From Eledone cirrhosa (lineage: Eukaryota): a stretch of 64,000 nt of DNA. The translations under genes and the position numbers were made by a program. Below, piece by piece: positions 11,001 through 25,400 of this stretch. How positions within the stretch are numbered: the stretch's first letter is position 1; each line of letters opens with the position of its first letter. The DNA is taken from NCBI GenBank assembly GCA_964016885.1, contig OZ024740.1:118668001-118732000 (forward strand), read 5' to 3'. The notes under the pieces were generated by a model. It saw only the letters and a list, made by a program, of their open reading frames with translations. It had not been told where the DNA came from and did no database searches.

Positions 11001-13699
11001 CAAATTTTCTTTTCTGTCAACCTGTATGTATGTGTGGAAGATACAATCTGGACATTTTTTTTATTTGCATTTATTTATTTAACCAGCGACCAGGTCGCAA
11101 ACAGTGTGATGAAAATGTTAATGTGAAGAATATATGTTAGTTAAACATTCTTAAGTGCTTTGAATCGCTAAAATACTCGTTTTGCGATATAATTGCATTA
11201 GTCCGAACACGTGGTCTCAGATCCTGTTATTCTTGAGTTTCACTTGTGTATTCACAGGTTCATTAAACACGAACCTAGCTATATAACTACAGCAGTGGCA
11301 AGCAGACACAGACACCTCAGCATCATTTCTCTTTTGATTTTGTGAAACAACCAGTGTGTGATAGCTGATAGGAAAGAGAGCTGCACCAACAAAATTATGA
11401 AAAATTAAGTGGACCGCGGTGGAATTTGAACTCAGAATACATCAAACCGGAACAAATATTCAACGCTCTAATGCCTGCCTAATTAACTGCCATTATACAC
11501 GTTTGGCGGGCGAGGGCTGAGCTGCTGAAAACGGAGTTCTTTTCATTGTTGGTGCAGTATCGACGCATCAGGTGATGCCCGCAAGAGTGCTGGATAGTTC
11601 CAACGTTTTTGCCTCACACTCCCTGTGTTAACCTCCCTACAAAATTATTAGAGAGAAACCCCAGCGTCCCTTGCTGTGATGTGTGATCAAATATGCGTAT
11701 CGTCTTCCACTTTTCTCTATTTTTGTTATATATATTATGTTTATTTTTATGCATTCTATTAAAATAAATTTATCATTTTAATAGATAGTGTGATATAGGA
11801 AAGAAAAATAAGAGTAGAGACATAGAAAAAGGGAAGATACAAAGTACATTTTGAGGAAGAGACCAACATATTCTTTATAGCAACAACGACTGGAGAAAAA
11901 ATTGGCTTGAATGTAAGGAGAATGCATAAGGTAAATAATATCAATAATATCAATAATATCAAATTTTCATCATTAAGCTTTTCGAAATATACGAAAACAT
12001 AAATTAAACTCGAGATCATGTTTCATTTCAAACTTGTATTACGTTTTGAAATGTATGGCTAGAGCGCTCTGGTTTATTTGTGGAAAAACAATTGAAAGTT
12101 GTGAAAAAGGAAATGATTTAGGTGACTTTACAAATAAAAAAAATTAAAAAATTAGTTAAAATTATCGTAGGTTAGTCGGGAAAATAATAGTAAGGAATCA
12201 TTAACCACGTTTTCCAGTGCTCCTCGCGATATCGTTATTGTTTGTTCTGGCAGCGGTTCGTTTGTCCACTCCTTTCGTCTGCCTTTTGTTATATGTGATC
12301 CTACATGTGTGTATTACCTGCGTGTGTGTCATTTATTTTATTTTCCCTTTTCTTCCTCTTTTTATTGGTAATATTATGATCACAGTTATATTGACTAAAA
12401 AAGTTTCGATAGTATATATAAAAAAACCCACAAACTAGTATTGAGAATGATAGTAAAATCGCACACATAATATTAATTCCTTAGTTTGATTTACCATATT
12501 GTATTTCATTGAATTAAATCATTTTAAAATAGAGTGTGGTAGAGTGAGGATATGAAAATATAAAATCTCAGTGCTCGTAAATTATTTTTAAAATAGTACC
12601 TACTTTTGTGAGGGTAAAACATTCGTATCGCCCACTATATCTATGGAGGCAATAGTTTCATTTCTTGCATGAAACAGTAAAATATATGAAATAATTCATT
12701 GACACTGTATACATAAACGAAGAGTTGAAATTGTACTCGCGTTACGATGTCGAGAAATTAAGTTTTTAATATCCAGTCTGATTATTGTTAAGAACAAATA
12801 AAGGTGTCCACATTTTGAGATTGTCAAAACAATTTCTTTGTGTTGTGGAAATAAGATTCGCTGCACTAGCGTCAGATTATGCAATGTATGACGTAGGGAA
12901 ACATAGTAGTAGTAAATTAGAAATAATCTATGTGGTAGGATATAAAAGGATTCTTTTGGTTAGCTACAAACATAGTTACCCAACACTATTAAAGTTAAAT
13001 ATGAGTTCTAAATGTTCTTCCTGTCATTTGACATTGGTCTTAGCAATTTGCATTGAATGACGTCACCATCCAATCTTGTATATTCGAATTCAAAATGTCA
13101 CTAAATCTCTTTTCCGTGCCTCATTCAAACTGTTTGAAGAGACAGCTGACCTTTCCCACGTCCTCATCAGTGAAAACAATTCTTGAAATGGATGAAACTC
13201 TCTCTTCAGTATATTATCGAGCAAAAGATCTAGCTTGTCAGTGAACTACAAAATGACACTTGCAGCTTATTAGTGTTATAATAGCTTCAAGATGTAGAGT
13301 TCTCTCATTGAACATCTTGAAAACACCTGCCAAATAGAATGCATCGCGCTAAATTGTTTTTACTTAAGATGGAGACAGATTTCTGATTTTCAAAAACCCC
13401 TATTACACTGTCTTAAATTTTGCAACACGGGTTAAACATGAATGTTTTTAAACCCACCGATCTTCTGTATGTAGAAACAGCCCGGTGTACTGTATATTAT
13501 AGAGACTTTGTTCCGTTTGCTTTTATTTCGTTTATAGCCAGGATTATTATACTTATGCATTCATGAAGGCTTTCACTCAAGTGTTCTCCAGTATGATGTT
13601 GCCTAGGCACGACACAGTGAATGCACAAAACATTTAGGACTTCTTCATTCAAATATGCAACAAAACCACGATATCGACCTACATTTACTAGTACTCTGT

Positions 13700-14400
13700 C
13701 AGTAGCGCATGCGATTATAGCGGTGAATATATGATTTCTCGGCGGTGAATATTGATAAACCGTTTGTGTTTATAACAAGATTTGTAATAAATAACATTTC
13801 TTTCTGCAATACATTGCTCTTATGAATGTACCACACAGTATTAATAATGCACTGTTGTCTACAGTAGTAACAGCCTCCAACTGCAAAGAAAATGTTGTTG
13901 TTTGGAGCGGGTCAACAATGTTTCTTTAATGTTAACCGTCATTTTGTATATGCGTCACTCAGAGCTATCGCTGAGGGGCAATGTATTTACAATTCAGTTA
14001 GATCTTAATGCACCACCATTGCGTTCTCCAATTATATGACTTTTACCACGTTTTGAAATTAGACTGAATATTTGCTAAGCTTCAGATAATCCATCTTTTT
14101 TTAAAACTTATTGTAGAATGCATTTTAAACCCCTTTAGCAATTCTTGAAAATGGTTTGGTCTCTTTTAAATAGATTATCTTGTACAAAATCCACTTCGTA
14201 ATAGACTGGGTTTCATCACGTTTCAAAATGTCCTTTGACACGATGGAAAGTTTAGTTCATAATAGATTCTATAAAACCGAAAAACTCGAGTGAGTATTTT
14301 TTCAGCCATGTTTCTGAGAAGCCTGAATTTGTTTTTAAATCTGAATACCCGACTTACTAAAACTGATCAAGTAAAGAACACGAAAAATTGATATTTAGTC
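13700..14400 (-). mobile_element. Possible pogo/Tigger transposase relic
   Basis: Highly degenerate segments (GFSETWLKKY; KDILKRDET) resemble the AS.GWL..F and DIFN.DET motifs. Confidence 0.3.
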
Positions 14401-17326
14401 TTTGTTAATTGTCCTCAGGACCACCAAGATCAAGGATGATTCCAAATTCGAAAGTGAGGTCTGTAACGAAAAATGTATAAATGCAGTGATCTCCCTTGAC
14501 ATATGAGAGAGAGAGCATGTGGATTGTTAATAACGATGGATGCCGTTGTGTTTTGGTGATGTTTTTTATCGATGATTTCAGATTTGTATTAGACTAAGGT
14601 TGGAACATAGTTTGTTTGAGCCAGATACCTAATTGGCCGTTCATATCAAGGCCTAACGGCAGATCAACTCCTAATGGTTTATTTAGTTCTAGAAAGTACA
14701 TACATTCCCAATCACATACCAGATCCAATTTGTCTTAAAAAGATAACAAGCTATATTAAAATAGGTCTTCAGATAATGAGACTTGAAAGAAAACGCCAAG
14801 GAAAGTATGTCATGCGTTGAAAGAAAACGTCAATGAGTGTATGACATGTGGATGCATTGGCGTACCTTTGCAAAATCTTTCATTTCCGCAAGAAATGAAT
14901 AACCAATGATGCCCTGTCAGAGAAACCTAACCCTATGGGTTAAAAGTTAGTTACCGACTTTACGTAAAGTACAAAGGTCATTCAATGATTGTATGCCAAT
15001 TACCAACGAAAATCGTCATTTCTTATGTAAGGTCTTCCAATAATCAGGTTGTCTGCCGCCCACCAAAATTCTCAAATTGCCCAGTTGTGGCCTGTGCTAT
15101 CCAGGTTGGCGAAGAGTGATCTAGCTAAAGTAAACAAAAGTATACATTAAAATAGTTGCACTTGGAGAGTACGTAAACTAATGTGAAATTACTACAAACT
15201 GAAGATAAGTGACCTACAGGAGATTTAATGTGCAAAACTTACACGCGCTGATATGAGAAAACAACACGAAAAAGTAGAGGAACACAAAGAAATGGAAAAG
15301 AGAATGAAACTTGTACAGTTGGAAATTTTGTCCAATAATTATTACTCATCATTCTTATGGCAATCTTTGTGGTGTTAAATTAATTTATTGTCGAAATTGG
15401 ACTGATGGCCTATAAAAGTAAAATATGTTTATTGAGGTGTGATTCGTTAATGTATTAATACGATGTAACTTGTTGACCTTGGTTAATCATCCTGTTCTGG
15501 ACATTTCAATTTATTTTCTACTAAATGTAGATAGGGATGTTTGTTTAGTGGTAGAGTTGATTTCTTACAGATTTTACTTTTGTTTGATTACACATTGATA
15601 TAGATTGAATGTTTAATTTTACGTATTTTGGTGTTACATTTCGCCCAGAAACAATTTATCAAATTTTCGGAATTTAATGGGGGGTTTTTTTAATTAATGA
15701 AAACAATTATTCTCCGAGAGTTAATAAGAGCATATTTATTGGTAGTCATTTATTTCATTTGAATCACAATTCAAAGTTGTTACCCGGATTGTTTTGTATA
15801 CATTGCCGGATTCAAACTTTATGAGACGCTAAGCTGTATACAACGTGGTGGTTCGTTAGAAAATGACACTAGAATTTCTCATAAACAAATGAAAAGATGT
15901 TAATTTGTTTATTTTGCTTAATGGTCCATCAATGGCTCTTTATATACTATACGAAAACACACACTACTTTAATCTTTTGATGGAATTATCTAGCTGTTAC
16001 ATAATTGTTATGGACAGTGGGTTTTAGAGAGCTTGACATAACGTCTGCTTATTCAGAGTAAGCAAATCGATCCTATTTTAAGTAATGTACTCTTTACCTT
16101 TGTAAGTAGAATATTTGATACTGTATCTTTTCAAAACAGCTTGCAAATATTTCATGCATTTCTTAAAATGATTTGAATTAATGTGGAAACCTTTCAGATT
16201 TATGCTTATATGTATATTGAATAAAAAGTAGAAAAATGAGAGGGGAGTACACACAATAGGGAGCTTAAAACGAGGTTGGATAATTCTTTATTGCAATAAC
16301 GACCGAGGAAACATTGCTAAGTAGAGAGCTTCAATACAATGAAAACTGTATATAAATGAGACAAATAATGTTTACAGTGTTGCCAATTTTTAATTTAAAC
16401 TGATGTAAAGTTTGGAGCTGTGTGGTGGTAAACGTATTTAAAGTTATGAATTTTTAAAGCTATACATAAAGGGAACTGTTGTAGGATACTTTAAAATTTA
16501 TGGAGTCTACTGCAAGTTAGTAGGAATAAGTGCAGATTAGTAAAGACGACTCATAAGGAATGCATGTATTCCATAAATCAGAGATGAGGATGATACTATA
16601 TAACCATGACTATATTAATTATTTAATTTAACTTGTTTAACAGCGTTTTATTTAGCTGCCAAATTTCGATTGGGTAAGTATAGAATGGAGCTAATTAGAT
16701 TCAGAATTTTAAAATATCAACATCAATATATTAAATTAAATAAATAAAAGTATCAATTAAATTCAATGAATATTACAAATGAACGCTTACGATTATTAAT
16801 GAACATATATACGTAATGTTTGAGAAATGACTAAAACTAACTGAAGGTATGTAAAACAGATAGCTTATGTATGTTATGGTTCGGAAAAATGCATAAATGT
16901 CACGGATCGTGGTAATTATTTAGAAGTGATATCAGTATATTAGTGGTCAAATTAGTCACAGTAGTTCAGGGTGTCTAAAATGTTATATAACACGCAGCGA
17001 CTTGATAAATATTTGGATATCCTTATCATAGTTATTTTATCCTACAATATTCCACTTTACTTCACCAAATATTCATTACTCATACTAAATTTTATAGACT
17101 ATAAATGCACACACTGCCGCATATTTCAAACTTTAGTATCTGTTTAAATCTACAATAAACAACCGAAATGTATTTACATTTTAGGAAATGTAGAAATATT
17201 TATTATAAACTTCGATATTAGTACTTGCTCTTCCTATGTACCAATATGTTTCTATCAAATCTACCATATACCAAATGTTCTCCATCTGAATACGAAATGT
17301 AGTGGGGAGGGGGGGTCTAGACTTGT

Positions 17327-17670
17327 GAAGATGCGTGACTTAGTGGTTACTAAGTTACAAAATTGTGGGCCGGTGTGTTCAATTCCTGGACCGGCGAAGA
17401 GTTGTGTCCTTGAGCAAGACACTTTATTTGACGTTGCTCTAGTTCACTCAGCTGTATAAATTAGTTGCGACATCACTGGTAACAAGGTGTATCGGCCTTT
17501 GCTTTTAACTTAGACGACATCGGTGGCCTGAAGTAAGGAAACGGATATGCACGGGGGCTGCTGGCTTTTCACAAAAAAAATACCTTGCCTAGGCTTGTGC
17601 TTCAGATGGCGAACTTTCTAGGTGCAAAACCTATGGTCATTCGTGACAGTAGGGGGATATTTACCTTTCA
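17327..17670 (+). mobile_element. SINE family B (tRNA head + CORE-like domain)
   Basis: TTAGTGGTTA A-box, GTTCAATTCC B-box, GTGTCCTTGAGCAAGACACTT and CACTCAGCTGTA. Homologous to 61049-61382. Confidence 0.75.
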
Positions 17671-17699
17671 GCTTGTTCTAGATTTCTTTCTTCTTTAAC

Positions 17700-19080
17700 C
17701 CTTTAAGAAGGAATATGAAGTCACTTTCAGCTTATATCTGGAGTCTAAAAGACAACCACACGCAATATAAGTTACACTGGGAGATCCTAGTTAAAGCTAG
17801 ATCGTATAACGGAAATAAAATAACATGTGACCTCTGCGTCGCTGAAGCCCTGGAAATACTCTACGCCAAAGACCACATCTTAAACAAAAAATTTGAGGCA
17901 ATTTCTGCTTGTAAACATAAATTACACAAAGCTTTCCTGTATTACAGCCCACATTATACCCTAACGGATAGTACGAACTATACGCGGATATTTTACGTTT
18001 TGATGTGGTAGCTAAGTATATGTTATGTTTATACCATTACTTATTTGTATAGGTAAGTATATATTACCTGTATGTTTTGTGAAGGTACGTATACTTTCTC
18101 GTACGTATATTTGCTTGTATATGTTATAGGCGTATATATTATATTATATATACTGGTACATGTGCATATGGTTATGTGTATACGTGAGTTTTGCGTCTGT
18201 GTGAGTATGCGTGTTCGTGCGTATGTAGGGTGTGTGTATATGTGTACTTTGTGCTTTGGTTGTCGTACGTTTAGCGAACATATGTGTATTTACATGTAGG
18301 TATGTGTGCGCGCGCGTTATATACGTATTTATGTGTGTATATTTTTATACGTTTATATAATTATATGTATACACGCACACACACACACACACATATATAT
18401 ATATTTATATATATTTGTATGTGTATTTGGTGTATACGTTCGTATGTGTGCGGGTACAGGCGTTGCGTGGATTTTGTATGCGCGTGCGTGTTTTTTTGTG
18501 TACGTGCTTGATTTTGCATACCCATGGCGGGTGTTTTCGCGTATGCATGTGTATGTACGTATATGGATGCGTGCATGTATATATTTAATTTTTGTTGATT
18601 TCAATTACCTCTGTAATTTTGCTTAACTTTGAAGCCGAGAATCATTCGGTTTCTTAAATAGAATGTTAGTCTACGACTTCAGTTATACCATAAACGTGGT
18701 TTTGTCTTTGCGTGTAATTGTTCTCACCGCTTCACAAAAGGACGTATTATCTTCGTTTTTTTTCGTTCATTGCCAGAGAACCTCTCCACGAACCAGCTAA
18801 TAGAATATTTGTCTACGAATTCATTTATACCATAAACGTGGTTTTGTCTTTGCGTGTAATTGTTTTCACCGCTCCAAATAATGACGTATTATCTTCGTTT
18901 TTGTTCGTTCTTTGCCGGGCAACGTCTCCACAAACCAAAGTATTGTTTTCCTGTCTTCCTTCGGTTGCAACGTTTTTCGAAATATTTTTCTTCTGCGTTT
19001 TTTTAGTTTCAGAAGATCCCGTTAAGGGTGAAAGCAGCGATTCTTTGCTTAAACTTTAACTGTTATTTTAATAAATATAC
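17700..19080 (+). mobile_element. PLE 3' fragment (Naiad-like GIY-YIG C-terminus + 3' UTR)
   Basis: ORF 17715: SLSAYIWSLK..Y.LHWEIL..A.SY..CDLC..E..I..LNKK.E..S.CKH. TG-rich UTR ends in a decayed HHR-like motif (CAGAAGA-UCCC..GGGU-GAAA, 19010-19033). Confidence 0.7.
18660..18925 (+). repeat. Tandem duplication, ~143-bp unit, in the PLE 3' UTR
   Basis: TATACCATAAACGTGGTTTTGTCTTTGCGTGTAATTG...GACGTATTATCTTCG occurs twice. Confidence 0.85.
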
Positions 19081-19868
19081 ATATATTCATGCTGAATTAA
19101 TTATATGTTTTATACCCTTCCCCTCTAATTCCTACATTATACATACATGGGCCACACTTTCATAAAAAGAAGCAATATCTATGTTTATAAACGCTATTTA
19201 TCTATCTGGCTTAATATACTTGTTATTTGCTATATCTGTATGAATGGAGAATCATTACTCATCCTATTGCTTCAGATCCTAACAAACTTCAGTGACCTTT
19301 ATTTGATGAACCAGTTTACGCTATATGTATAAATTCCGATTATATTGCATTGCTTGCCATGTTACCACTCCTATATTCGATTCTAGCCATTTTCGTAAAT
19401 ATTTTGCATTACCATGAATACTTCTGGGCACTTATGCATTGTTGGCAATATGAGAATCTCCATCACTAAAGATAAAACTATTTGACATTTTCTCAAAAGC
19501 ATTTCATAGTTTTTTTATCAATTTGTTTCTAAATTAGAAAAACAAACAATGAATGAGCACTGGAAATATGACATTTAAAGTGATATATTTACAAACAAAT
19601 GTATTTCCATAGATTTGAAAACCTTTCACTCTCGCTCTTATCACCCCATTTCTCTCGTTTTCTCTCCCACTCTCTTTGTTTCTCTTGCAATCAAACACAA
19701 TCATAGACACCTTGTAATATTTGAAATTTAAAGTTTCATAAGCTAAGCTGCAGTGTTTTAAATTTCAAATACTCAAATGACTACATATTGTACACAAAGT
19801 ATTTAGTATTCTATTCTCATGCTGGATTATTCAGCAAACATTTGTAGTAGCATTATTATAAAAAACAT

Positions 19869-20070
19869 TATTGGCAGAAACGAAAACTTTGAACAAAATG
19901 CGTTGCAGTATTAATAGTGGATCTTTATATTCTGAGTTCAAGCCACACTGATTTCAACTTTGCATTTCATCATTTAAGGGATGATAAATAAATTATAAGT
20001 CTAAAGTTAATTAATTTGCTCCTGTTCACATATTGCTTGCCTTATACCTAAATAAGAAACCATTATTATT
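19869..20070 (+). mobile_element. SINE family A, diverged copy
   Basis: TTCTGAGTTCAAG..ACTTTGCATTTCATC..GATAAA..AGAAACCATTATTATT. Confidence 0.55.
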
Positions 20071-21618
20071 GCAGAAACAGTATACTCTTTTACTTGTTCC
20101 AGCCATCTGGTTGAGGCCATTCTGGGGCACTGCTCTTGAAAAGTATGTGTAAAATTATAAAATATAAATGGCCGAAACAGTAGTAGGTGTAAAATGTCTT
20201 GAGGTATTTATTTATGAACCATATCATGAGGAGGTTGACGTTAACTGTTATTCTTCCAGAGTTGATGAATATAAGTACTAGTTAAATACTGAGATCGAGT
20301 AAATAGACTATACCTTTTCTCTAGAAGTTTTGCTTAAATTGGAAACTTTTAATATTTTTACTTTTGTTATCCACAGTTTAGGTGTAGACACATGGCACTG
20401 CACAGCTTAATGCCATCATTTTCACATGTGTACCTTTTCTGTGTGAGTTCAACTATTGAATTGAAACTGTTTTGTGTAATATGAGCGTGGCAAACTTCAT
20501 ATCTACATCGTAACTATTTTTAGCAGATTAAGTAGACATGTAGAGGTGTTCATTTTGGCTCGCTTATTAGTTTCGTCAGTTCGGTCATAGACTAGTTTTT
20601 TTATCAAGATATTGTGTCACACTTCATGTTTAAATTTATGCATTGCTTCATAAGTTACTGAATCCTGTAGAAGCATTTATCATTCAGATATACACTGAAA
20701 ACCTGAAGATGGAATGTAGTCGTTGTGTTGATAAACTACTTGACTATTGGCATAAATATTTTCAGTCAATATTTCTAACATGAATAGGACATCCAACAAA
20801 TGTTTTCTAATTGGAGAAACAGAAGCAATAAGAAAAACAACAAACAAAATCTGAACTATATAAAGCAAAAAATTATTTCTTGAAACTTTTTTTTGTAAAA
20901 GTATCCTAATTTCGTCAACATAAAAAAGAAATGAAGTGTGTGGCGTGGTTCATTCTTATTAACTGTGTTTAACAATGCCATGCATACTTTTAGTTTCGAC
21001 ATACTTTTTGAAGATATAAACTTAATTAAACTTGTTTTACGTTGAAGCAAATACACTTATCTGTATTCAAACAATCTTATAGACTGCCACGTACAGCCTT
21101 ATATGAACAATAGTAGTTAATTTGACTTTGAAATTTAGGACTAACAAACAAAAGTTTGCAGGTTAAACTACATGTGTCACTATTTGGATACATGCCATCA
21201 TAAATTAAAAGTAGTCAAACAAATAAATGTTATAAATGGTTTTTGAGCTAACATTTTCTTGAGAGCCACAAAATGAAGAGTGAAGCCACATTTTGTATGT
21301 GTTTATGTATGAATATAATTTGATGGTGTTTATATTCTAGTTATTCATAGGAGCATAATGGGCTGTCATCAATTTAATTAAATAAAGACAATTTAAAAAA
21401 AAAAGAAATACGACAAAGCCATAAAAGGAAATCAGAATCGAAGAGAATATATGGTTCATTTAGTTTAATGTGATTTCAAATCAGGAAGAAGTTACGAAAT
21501 TGTTAAAATAAGAGATGATTTTGAATGATGTTTTTAATGTTTATAAATTGGTTTTCAGGCACAAACATAATTGTATATATGACTAAATGACATATAGGAG
21601 TTTGAATGTATGTGAGGG

Positions 21619-21662
21619 ATCGTCCTGATGAGTACCAGTTAAGTTCGAAATGCATTGACGAT
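21619..21662 (+). ncRNA. Minimal type-I hammerhead ribozyme (solo PLE-terminus-like)
   Basis: AUCGUC-CUGAUGA-GUAC-CAGUUAA-GUUC-GAAA-UGCA-UU-GACGAU. 6-bp stem I, canonical core, palindromic stem III. Confidence 0.8.
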
Positions 21663-21883
21663 TGTCCCCCTTGCTTCTGCTGGACACAACCAGAAGGCAA
21701 TAGCTCCGGTGTTTTGCATAGCTACGGCTTTCTAAATGTTTATCCATAAACATACCGTATTTCTTTAGAAATACGAAATTTCAATACCGATTGTTGTTAT
21801 TTCTGTGTACCTTTTATATATATATATAATGTGAGAGGCGTAAAATAAGAAAATTATAAGATTAACTTACTTACTTAAATTTC

Positions 21884-21965
21884 ACTCCCAACTAATTAGT
21901 TTCTGAAAGGGATTAAACGTACTATCCGAAGAGAGCACGGAGAAGCCTTTCGTCATCAGGGAAGT
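21884..21965 (-). ncRNA. Type-I hammerhead ribozyme (mirror copy)
   Basis: Reverse complement of 22170-22251. Confidence 0.7.
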
Positions 21966-22169
21966 CTATTCTCAGCTAAGTTTCCAGGCAATACGTGGAC
22001 ACAGGTAACTTATACAAAAATAATTCAGTGGTTGGAAAAAGCAAAGCAGTAGGCAGTGATTTTATCAATGGCTTGGAATTAGTCCTCGCTTTGCTTTTTC
22101 CATCCACTGAATTATTTTTGTATAAGTTACCTGTGTCCACGTATTGCCTGGAAACTTAGCTGAGAATAG

Positions 22170-22251
22170 ACTTCCCTGATGACGAAAGGCTTCTCCGTGC
22201 TCTCTTCGGATAGTACGTTTAATCCCTTTCAGAAACTAATTAGTTGGGAGT
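22170..22251 (+). ncRNA. Type-I hammerhead ribozyme with long stem-II loop
   Basis: ACUUCC-CUGAUGA-C-GAAAGG..35 nt..CCUUUC-A-GAAA-CUAAUUAG-UU-GGGAGU. Confidence 0.7.
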
Positions 22252-22419
22252 GAAATTTAAGTAAGTAAGTTAATTTTATAATTTTCTTATTTTACGTCTC
22301 TCACATTATTGTTCTGCTACCCCATGCATTGAACCACATAGTTACTAAGACAAAACCTATATATTTGCTAACATAAGTATGCATCTGTGTATATATATAT
22401 GCTACTAGATATACTAATT

Positions 22420-22462
<43 letters not shown>

Positions 22463-22499
22463 GGAGTTGTATTTAATTTGTTGGAATTCCGACAAACAT

Positions 22500-25400
22500 A
22501 AATGTTTATAACTGATATAGAGCACTCAACAAGTTACTGGAGTAAATATTCCAACATAAAATAGAACTACCAGTTAGACTTATAGCACCATCTAAATCAG
22601 ACTTAGGCATAGTTAGTAAACATTTATTAGACAGACACATACCGCAACTTAAAGAAATATCTTACTTACAACTATGGAACGGTACTAATGAAGTTATAGA
22701 CTGGTTCAATAACATAAAATTTAAACATAACAAAAAATTCATTCAGTTGGATATTGCAAATTAATACTCATCTATTACTCCTAATTTACTTAATAAAGCC
22801 CTTATCTATGCATCCAAATATACTGATTTATCTAGTGAAGAAATGCATATTATTTTATCTGCACGAAAAACCTTAATTAAATTCAATAACCATCTCTGGA
22901 CCTGAGCGGACAGAATAAATAATTTCGACATCACCATGGGATCATCAGACACGGCGCAGATAACGGATCTTATTTATTAATAATATAATACATAGAAAAC
23001 TACCGGAGATGACCGGTGGTTTATATCGCGATGATATGCTGCTTTTAATTGAAATTAATAGTAATTGCGAAATAAATAGAAAAAGAAAATCAATAATACA
23101 ATTTTTAATAGCTACAATCTTAAGTTAGAATAACTACAAAATTGTTAACTTTTTAGACGTGACATTAAACGTTAATACAGGGCTCTACTATCCATTCCAT
23201 AAAATTAATGAGAACTCAACTCCAATCATCCTAGATCTATTAAGAACACTATTGTAAATTCTGTACAACAACGTATTTCTCGAATCTCTGCGAATAAAAC
23301 ATATTTGACGATAAGGCAGAATATTATAATGAAGCTTTAAGTAGAGCAGGCTATATAAATAAAATTAAATACATCAAAAACAATGATAATGCAAATAACC
23401 ATAATATTAATTATAATTATAATAAGAAACCCAACATAAACTCTAATACCTCCATTTTCACTAAGTATTAAAATACCTTTAGCTAAACTATTTTGTAAAG
23501 CTCTAGATAAATGTTTCCCCAAAACCCATAGATACCATTCAATCTTTAACAGACATACAATAAAACTATTTTACTCTGCTACTATGAACTTAGCACAAAA
23601 TATAAATAGAATCAATAATAGAAATCTAAACCAAAATAGCACTAATACCTCTAGCAATATCCAACTTAATAATACCGTTCCGAATAACATCAACTCTAAA
23701 TGTAATTGTAGAATTAAACCAAACCGTCTATAAATGCTCTGTCAAAACTAATGATCATATATTCAACTATATAAGTTCTACTTCTACAGACTTCAAATCC
23801 CATTTCAATAATCACAAATGCTCGTTTAATAATATTGGTAAAAAATCTTCAACTTCTCTATCAAACTTGATATGGAACTTAACATCTAAAAATACAGACT
23901 ATTCTTTAACTTGGGATGTAATTTCAGAAGCACCTGCCTACGAAAACACAGCTTTATCTAGATTTTGCAAATTGTGTGTTGATGAAATTTTCTTCATACT
24001 TAAATGTAAGAACTTTATTAATATACGTATGAATTTATTAAGTTCTTGTAAACATCACCTAAATTCAACATTTAAAAATATATATGAAATATAATTACAC
24101 TTATAATTTTTCTACATATTGTTTGATATATTCCAATGCCTATAATTTTCACTTATTAAAATGTATTATATTATATACATATATGATCATAAATTTTTAT
24201 AAATTTTTAAAATTTTAATTTTAACTTTAATTTTAATTTTAATATTTTTACTTATTTTTTACTTATTAAATTTTTATCTTATACTGCTTAATATTTATTC
24301 TTTACTGCTTAATCTTTATTCTTTACTGCTAAAATCTTTCATTTTTTATTTTTACTTCCAAAATATCACATTTATTTAAAAATTAATTATTTTTTTAAAA
24401 ATTACTTATTTCTTAAAAAAATGATTCTCTTAAAAAAATTATTTTGTTTAAAAATTAAAAAAAAATTTTTTTTATATTTTTAAATATTTAAAAATAATTT
24501 TAAACATTTAAAATAATTTAAGTATATTTTAAAAAGGATTTTTTTTGGAGTATTTTTGAGATTCTTAAAAAAAATTTTTTTATTTTTTCCAGAAATTTTT
24601 TCCAGAAATGTTTTCCAGAAATTTTTTCCAGAATTTTTTCCAGAACTTTTAATATTTTTATATTATATTTTTTCATATTTTTTCATATTTTTTTCATATT
24701 TTAATATTTTTAATATTTTTTAATATTTTTTAATATAACCAATAACTAATTCTGGCTAAATATATCTTTCAAAACTTACATCTTCGTCAAAATGGTCTCA
24801 TACTAACTAATAAATAAACAAAATTGGGATTTTCTTTGCAATTTAAAATATTAAAAACATATAAATATTCATATTAACTCAGTTAATTTAATTACTTACA
24901 CTAAATATAAATATAAACCAGTATCCCTCATAATTTATTAAAACAATTATCTATAACAGAATATACTCATATATCCATTCATATATCCATTCCTCTATTC
25001 ATATATCTATTCTTTTATCAATATGTTTCTATCTATTTTCTACTTATATCTATTCTTCTATCTATATTTTTCTATCTATTTTCTTCATATATCTATTCAT
25101 TCTCAATTTATTTTTCAATATATATTCTTATATTTTATATATATTTACTTTTTCTATATACCGATTTTTTCTCTATATATATTTTTTCTTTATACCTATA
25201 AAACTTAATATTGTATTTTATAATATTAGAATTCTAACAACAAAATAATTACTAAATATACGTAACTTTAATATAAACTTAAGACCTATTTACGTTATAT
25301 GAGTTCATCCTCTGTTAAATTTCTCTCTTCTCTCTATTTTTCTATATATCTCATAACAGTAATTTTTTCGCTCTTTCTTTCCTCTCATCTTCCCCTAGCG

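Larger units (their letters stand above)
21826..22309. repeat. Long near-perfect palindrome (222-bp arms, 40-nt spacer) carrying an HHR in each arm
   Basis: 21826-22047 matches the reverse complement of 22088-22309 with about 3 mismatches. Confidence 0.95.

Noticed and set aside
11759-13244. Short hydrophobic ORFs in AT-rich DNA
   Set aside because: Compositional artefacts with no domain similarity or splice support.
22901-22906. In-frame TGA in the Naiad-like RT as possible selenocysteine
   Set aside because: Not at a conserved Cys position. The copy has other stops and frameshifts, and I recognised no SECIS.
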